The position numbers and the translations under genes were made by a program. From Oopsacas minuta (Eukaryota > Animalia > Porifera), in assembly GCA_024704765.1 (NCBI GenBank), contig JAKMXF010000004.1, positions 124,001 through 188,000 of the forward strand: DNA of 64,000 nucleotides, read 5' to 3'. Numbering within the stretch: position 1 is the first letter of the stretch; the number at the start of each line of letters is the position of its first letter. The notes beneath the pieces are model-generated. The model was not told the DNA's origin. It worked only from the letters and a program-made list of their open reading frames with translations, and made no database searches. Positions 59,300 to 64,000 of this stretch are shown here, piece by piece.

Positions 59300-59755
59300 A
59301 CTACGTGAACCGAGGATAATTTTCTGTGGAAATTTTTTATTTTATATTATCCATGGTCCATACGAATTACATTCACAGGCCTTCTGTGGTGACACTGAAG
59401 ATGCTATGTCACTTTTGCTTAGTAATCTCGGCACTTCGTGACTCGGGTATTAAGAAATTCTGATATTTTGGGTTTTGTCACTCATAATGAGTGAACCTTT
59501 TGCCAGAATCATGACTTTGGGGTATTTGCCACATTGAGGGGTATCAGTGAATTAAATTTTAAAATTCTATCATCTATACAGGCTGAGCAGTGGTAAATAA
59601 TGTGATCCTACAAAGATCCAAGTAGGTGGCAATGACGTCATAATTTCGTCATAGGTGTGAACTTTCTTTCAATACTCGAACATGTCTGAGCCAGGCACAA
59701 AATACACTTATATGCAAGATGGTCTTCCTGTTTCTTCAATGAAATCTCGACATAC
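59300..59755 (-). repeat. Unclassified dispersed repeat X, copy 3
   Basis: Reverse complement aligns by eye with 33095-33560 over most of its length. Confidence 0.8.
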
Positions 59756-60289
59756 AAACATATACATATAAACGAGCCTTTGGCTCGTCGCTTAGAGATG
59801 GACTCGGCGCATCGAGCCTCGAGGTATCCATTATTCTCAAATTGATGATCCCTTTTAATATTATTATATAGATATATTCAGACTAAGTAATTCACAAATA
59901 TACGTATATGGCATATATATTATTGAAATATTTTGTAAGATCAACCGTATGCAACAGTTGAGAGCAAATATCTACGTTATTTTGAGATTTGGCTAACTAG
60001 TTTACTTTATGTTCATTAAAACAGCAATAAATTTACATACGAGAAACTTAAAAATGCGAAATTCTGGTCCAGCGTACTATGTACCTGTGTGGCCGTTTAG
60101 AGCAAGACTGTATGTGTACTTTGAGATTTGGCTAACTTGTTTATTTTATATTCATAAAAACAACAAAAAATTATGATTTGATTAACTAAAAGTTTAAAAT
60201 CGAATTTCAGAATGTTCGATATAATAATGGAAGTTATATTGTATTCTATAAACTTCTTTGATAAACATGATAAATACATAGTTATGCGA

Positions 60290-60391
60290 CAATTTCAAAA
60301 TTGCATAACGTAAACCCCTTCCTTGACAACGGACAAACAAACTAACAAACAAATAGACAGACAAACAACAATTGAAATTTAATAATATAGA
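60290..60391 (-). mobile_element. Helitron-like 5' fragment followed by a (CA)n microsatellite
   Basis: rc A|TCTATATTATT...gtttgtctgtctatttgtttg...gtccgttgtcaaggaa matches 27381-27470. Confidence 0.55.
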
Positions 60392-60796
60392 TACACACAC
60401 ACACACACATAGATTAATTGGGTTTTAATAGTTAGATTATATATTCTTCCATCGTGATTAGATATATAAAGATATGGGGAGATTATTCATTTTCCCAAAA
60501 AGCATAAGAATGAGTAAAGTATTTAAGCGAACAGATTATAAGTAACGGCAGAAACATTCCAAGATTTAGTAGAAATAAAGACTAAGTGCAACAATTCAAA
60601 TTGTGCAGTAAAATACTCAAATTCTGAACATGTAATACGAAATAATTATCGAGTCAATAACATGCAAACTATTTCCAAAACAATTTCTATAGTAACGTAT
60701 AGACTAACGTATATTTTGAAAATATCATTGGAACTTAGATAGTGACAAAATTAGAAACGCAAAATTGAATCTAAATAGAATAATGACCAAAGTATA

Positions 60797-62749
60797 TTAG
60801 TTGAAAGAAGATAGAAATGATACTAAGGTCTTGACCCAAGATAAAATAGGAACAGCAAAAAGTATCAGTGACGTGCTACTTAACATAAGAAGGTGAATTT
60901 CTCTTGAAATAATATGCATCCTCCTCGCACGTGTACCCAATAGGAGAACGAATTCAGAAATAGAACTCATACCAAGTATGATTCTCGAATCCAGAATATT
61001 ATAATCAATATTATTATATCTGTAAAACACTAAATATTCAACGAAAACAAATGAACAAAATTTAAATACGAATAACATTAAAGCGAAAATGAGGACAAGG
61101 GTATATTCATGGAAAACAAAACTAGGGAAAACGTGAAAACCGACTGATGTAAAGAAAATAGTAGAAAAAAAGTGAGTCAAACAATTTAAGTTGGTCTTCA
61201 CCCTTTCGGTAACTAGTGTACTCTTGATAAAATTCAATCCCAATCCAGCAATAAGGCAAGTAATTTCTGTACTGAACCCTATGGAATGGGAAAGGAGACA
61301 GAATGAGAAGTATATGAAGAGTGTGTAAAACATAATCATTTCTGAATGAAGATCAGTATCGATAAACTTATGGAAAACCATTACAATGAAATATCTGTTG
61401 ATAAACTTCATAACCAACCAGATTAAAAAACAAATGCAAATACCCTTAGAAAAAAGCAAAAGGCATAGGTTGGTAAAACTAAAGAGGAAATTGGTATTTG
61501 ATAACATTAATGGCATAGCAGCCATGATACAACTGAATTGAATATCTTGAAGGATCAGGATGCCAAATAAGAACCTCATAATGGGAGAGAACTGCCCAGA
61601 ATTATCCTTCTGAATGAGTTTAGAAAAAAGTGGAGTACTGGACAAACTAAATGCAGCAAAAACAAAAACTATTTCTGTAACAGGTAATGTCAAGGTTATT
61701 GATAAAAAATACCCAGTACAGATAAATATAAATGTAATAATACTACATGCCATTAAGGATGATCGCCATACCTTTCTGAGATTCTCAGGAGAAAATTCAA
61801 AACCAAATGAAAAGAGAATAAAGAATACTCCAAACTCAGCCAAACTTTGAATCTGAACAAGTGAAGTTAGCACATTTAGCCCGCTGGGACCAAGGATCAT
61901 CCCAATTAAGATGGGTCCAACTAAATGCGGAATACCAACAACAAGAAAAAATATACTCAGGATAGAAGATAAAATGAAAATTAACGATATCTCGCAAACT
62001 AAACGCATGTCCTCAATAGAAACGGTTGGATCATCAGGGCGAGACAATACATAAAGGTCATTTTTGGTGTCAATGATATAATTAATCGATTCACTAGGTT
62101 CAATACCTAATTCAGTTAATGAGATTTTAATAACAGTTTCAATTGAATGACTTCGCAACTTATACTGATCGAATAAGTCATGATGTAATTCCTCTTGTAA
62201 CTGATCTGCAGATACGAATAGTTCACCTAAAATTTGTTCGGCAAAAAATTTACTTTGAATAAGATGATTAGCCTTTTGATGAGATTCACTTAACCTCAAA
62301 AATTCATGAATTTCGGAATATTCTTCCTCACAAGTTAGAACATGATCTCTAAGTAGGTCCAACCTGGTTTTACTAACATGCATAATTAATTCAACAGATT
62401 TAACATTCCTTGAGATTTCGCTTATGGTGTGCTTAAAGTTATCAGTTACAGCAGTTACCACAGAATCCGCAATTTCTAAATCAATACTTAGAAGTGACAA
62501 TACCTTCAACTGATAACTGTATTTTTCAAGATCAGATTGCCTAGAATTTCTATCCATTATTGCTTTTAATACATCTAGCTTTGAATTTAGTCTTGATATA
62601 TATTTATCTTTAGTAATCATAGGGATTTTGAGATCTTCACAAGAAAATTTACCCTCAGTAATAATTCGACCATTTGGAGAAATAAATAAATAAAAGAGAA
62701 ACCAATAAAAAGACATTCGAAATGTAGAAACAGAATACATTTCTAACAT
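60797..62749 (-). CDS. TMCO3: Transmembrane and coiled-coil domain protein 3 (CPA2/KefB-type cation/H+ antiporter domain), intronless, 650 aa
   Basis: N-terminal hydrophobic segment, coiled-coil region, then about 12 TM segments with GMILGPSGLN, AEFGVFFILFSFGFEFS, SLSSTPL, GILILQD and SEFVLLLG motifs. Confidence 0.9.
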   Translation of the reverse strand: MLEMYSVSTFRMSFYWFLFYLFISPNGRIITEGKFSCEDLKIPMITKDKYISRLNSKLDVLKAIMDRNSRQSDLEKYSYQLKVLSLLSIDLEIADSVVTAVTDNFKHTISEISRNVKSVELIMHVSKTRLDLLRDHVLTCEEEYSEIHEFLRLSESHQKANHLIQSKFFAEQILGELFVSADQLQEELHHDLFDQYKLRSHSIETVIKISLTELGIEPSESINYIIDTKNDLYVLSRPDDPTVSIEDMRLVCEISLIFILSSILSIFFLVVGIPHLVGPILIGMILGPSGLNVLTSLVQIQSLAEFGVFFILFSFGFEFSPENLRKVWRSSLMACSIITFIFICTGYFLSITLTLPVTEIVFVFAAFSLSSTPLFSKLIQKDNSGQFSPIMRFLFGILILQDIQFSCIMAAMPLMLSNTNFLFSFTNLCLLLFSKGICICFLIWLVMKFINRYFIVMVFHKFIDTDLHSEMIMFYTLFIYFSFCLLSHSIGFSTEITCLIAGLGLNFIKSTLVTERVKTNLNCLTHFFSTIFFTSVGFHVFPSFVFHEYTLVLIFALMLFVFKFCSFVFVEYLVFYRYNNIDYNILDSRIILGMSSISEFVLLLGTRARRMHIISREIHLLMLSSTSLILFAVPILSWVKTLVSFLSSFN

Positions 62750-63877
62750 AATTTTCCAGAGTAAATTGCTTTGATTTAGTTACAGAAGGTAAATCTATAA
62801 TTGATTGAACAAGACACGGATACAAAGAATTAAGCGAAAAATGATCAGGGGAAATAAATAATTATGGAAACTAACATTTTCGAGATACAATCGTGTTAGC
62901 CTACTAGCAATATCGCATGATAGCAAGATTTTTTAGCGTTGCTTTCTATACACTTTAGAAAGTTTCGTAATAAGAACACCTGGGGCATTGCGAAAGATCC
63001 TACTCCCTATCCGGAGTAGGTATTATCTGAACTAATTAACAATTAAAATGAATAAAGGGCTGATAATTGTTGGTGCATTTTTGGACTGAACTCGATGAAT
63101 CGGGTACGCTGTGAAAATTTCAAAAAGATCGAATCACTGGAACATATAGCAGGTCTCTAGGGTATACTTACCTGTTGAAGGGTCAGATGTTAAAGAATCA
63201 AATTTCCACAAAAATGAACTCATTCCCTTCTCTGAAGTGTTAACTCTTGATTAAGAGAGAGTAATCGTCAATTTAACCTACGTTCATCTTCGATAAAGGT
63301 AGAACTTCCTTTGTTTAGTTGCACAGTCTTAGATCGTTTCGTAATATCCAATTCAAATTACACGACCTTATCTGCCTCTTCAAGTTGAGCGTGGTGATTT
63401 AGGAATCAAATATTCCTTAAAAATGAGGTAGTTTGTTTATACCCAATCTTAAAAAGTCGGTCGGAAAACCTGTAGTGCAACTAGCTTACATATTCCTTTT
63501 GTTATCCGGCAGGTTTAAGATTCTTAACTAATTATAATATTTGAATCTCATTTCCAACATTATTAATTAATTGTGCAAATAATAAGTATAGATACATATA
63601 CATTAGGGTGCACCAGTTGCCTCTTGCTTCTAAAAAGAAAAGTCACTTAGTCCATTTTACTTTATCTATACTGTTTTGATTAATCACGCACAATTTGAAT
63701 GAAACTCTGATTCAAGGTTTCATGCAAGAATTGATTTTTGGGGAATCAATATTGATGTAAATTTTTAGAGAGTGAAAGAATGTTTCATTGTCATCCTTCT
63801 CTTACCAGTAGTGGTAATTCAAAATATATTTTGCTCTGATTCATTGTAATTAAGTACATAACACACATTGTGAGGTA

Positions 63878-64000
63878 CAGTGTAATCCGCTTAATCTGCA
63901 CTAGGATATCGGATGTCCGCTTAAACGGGACAATCTTTTGTGGACAGAGTTTTTACAAACAAAAATCGTCAGATAATTGAAATTTCTATCCCAATGAAAA
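63878..64000 (+). mobile_element. Probable pogo/Tigger-type left end (truncated by window)
   Basis: TA|CAGTGTAATCCGCTTAA...CCGCTTAAACGGGACA; partner end outside the window. Confidence 0.45.

Noticed and set aside
61614-61850. 78-aa ORF antisense to TMCO3, and similar short antisense ORFs over transposases
   Set aside because: These are shadow frames of real coding sequence with no independent features.
62999-63020. 8-bp hairpin cctactcc...ggagtagg upstream of TMCO3
   Set aside because: Too short to distinguish from chance, and no function can be assigned.

Overview
AT-rich eukaryotic (animal) genomic DNA, roughly two-thirds of it decayed, nested transposons. Only two intact host ORFs are visible: a stand-alone NHL-repeat beta-propeller (37620-38450, -) and an intronless TMCO3 (60797-62749, -). 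There are also remnants of a short-intron spliced gene near 1.9-8 kb. Termini and target-site duplications (TSDs) were resolved by hand for most elements: a complete Gypsy LTR retrotransposon (10855-21630) inserted in a hAT and carrying four DNA transposons; several Tc1/mariner clades (DD34E Tc1, DD34D mariner, DD37D maT, TRT-like DD37E, L31-like DD37E); many hATs; one complete and one remnant P/THAP9-like element; a Mutator element whose transposase ends in a RING finger; a long-TIR Merlin; MITEs and foldbacks; and Helitron-like fragments. Removing inner elements repeatedly restores the frame of the outer element, which supports the boundaries. The PBS matches animal initiator tRNA-Met. A non-bilaterian host such as a glass sponge is only an inference from the NHL-only gene, the intron-poor genes and the ~50-nt introns. 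Identities are estimated by eye and no database searches were run. The most unusual items are the MULE-RING fusion, the long-TIR Merlin, a microhomology-bounded inversion through an L31 element, a composite KIAA1586-like hAT, and unclassified long-TIR and dispersed repeats.
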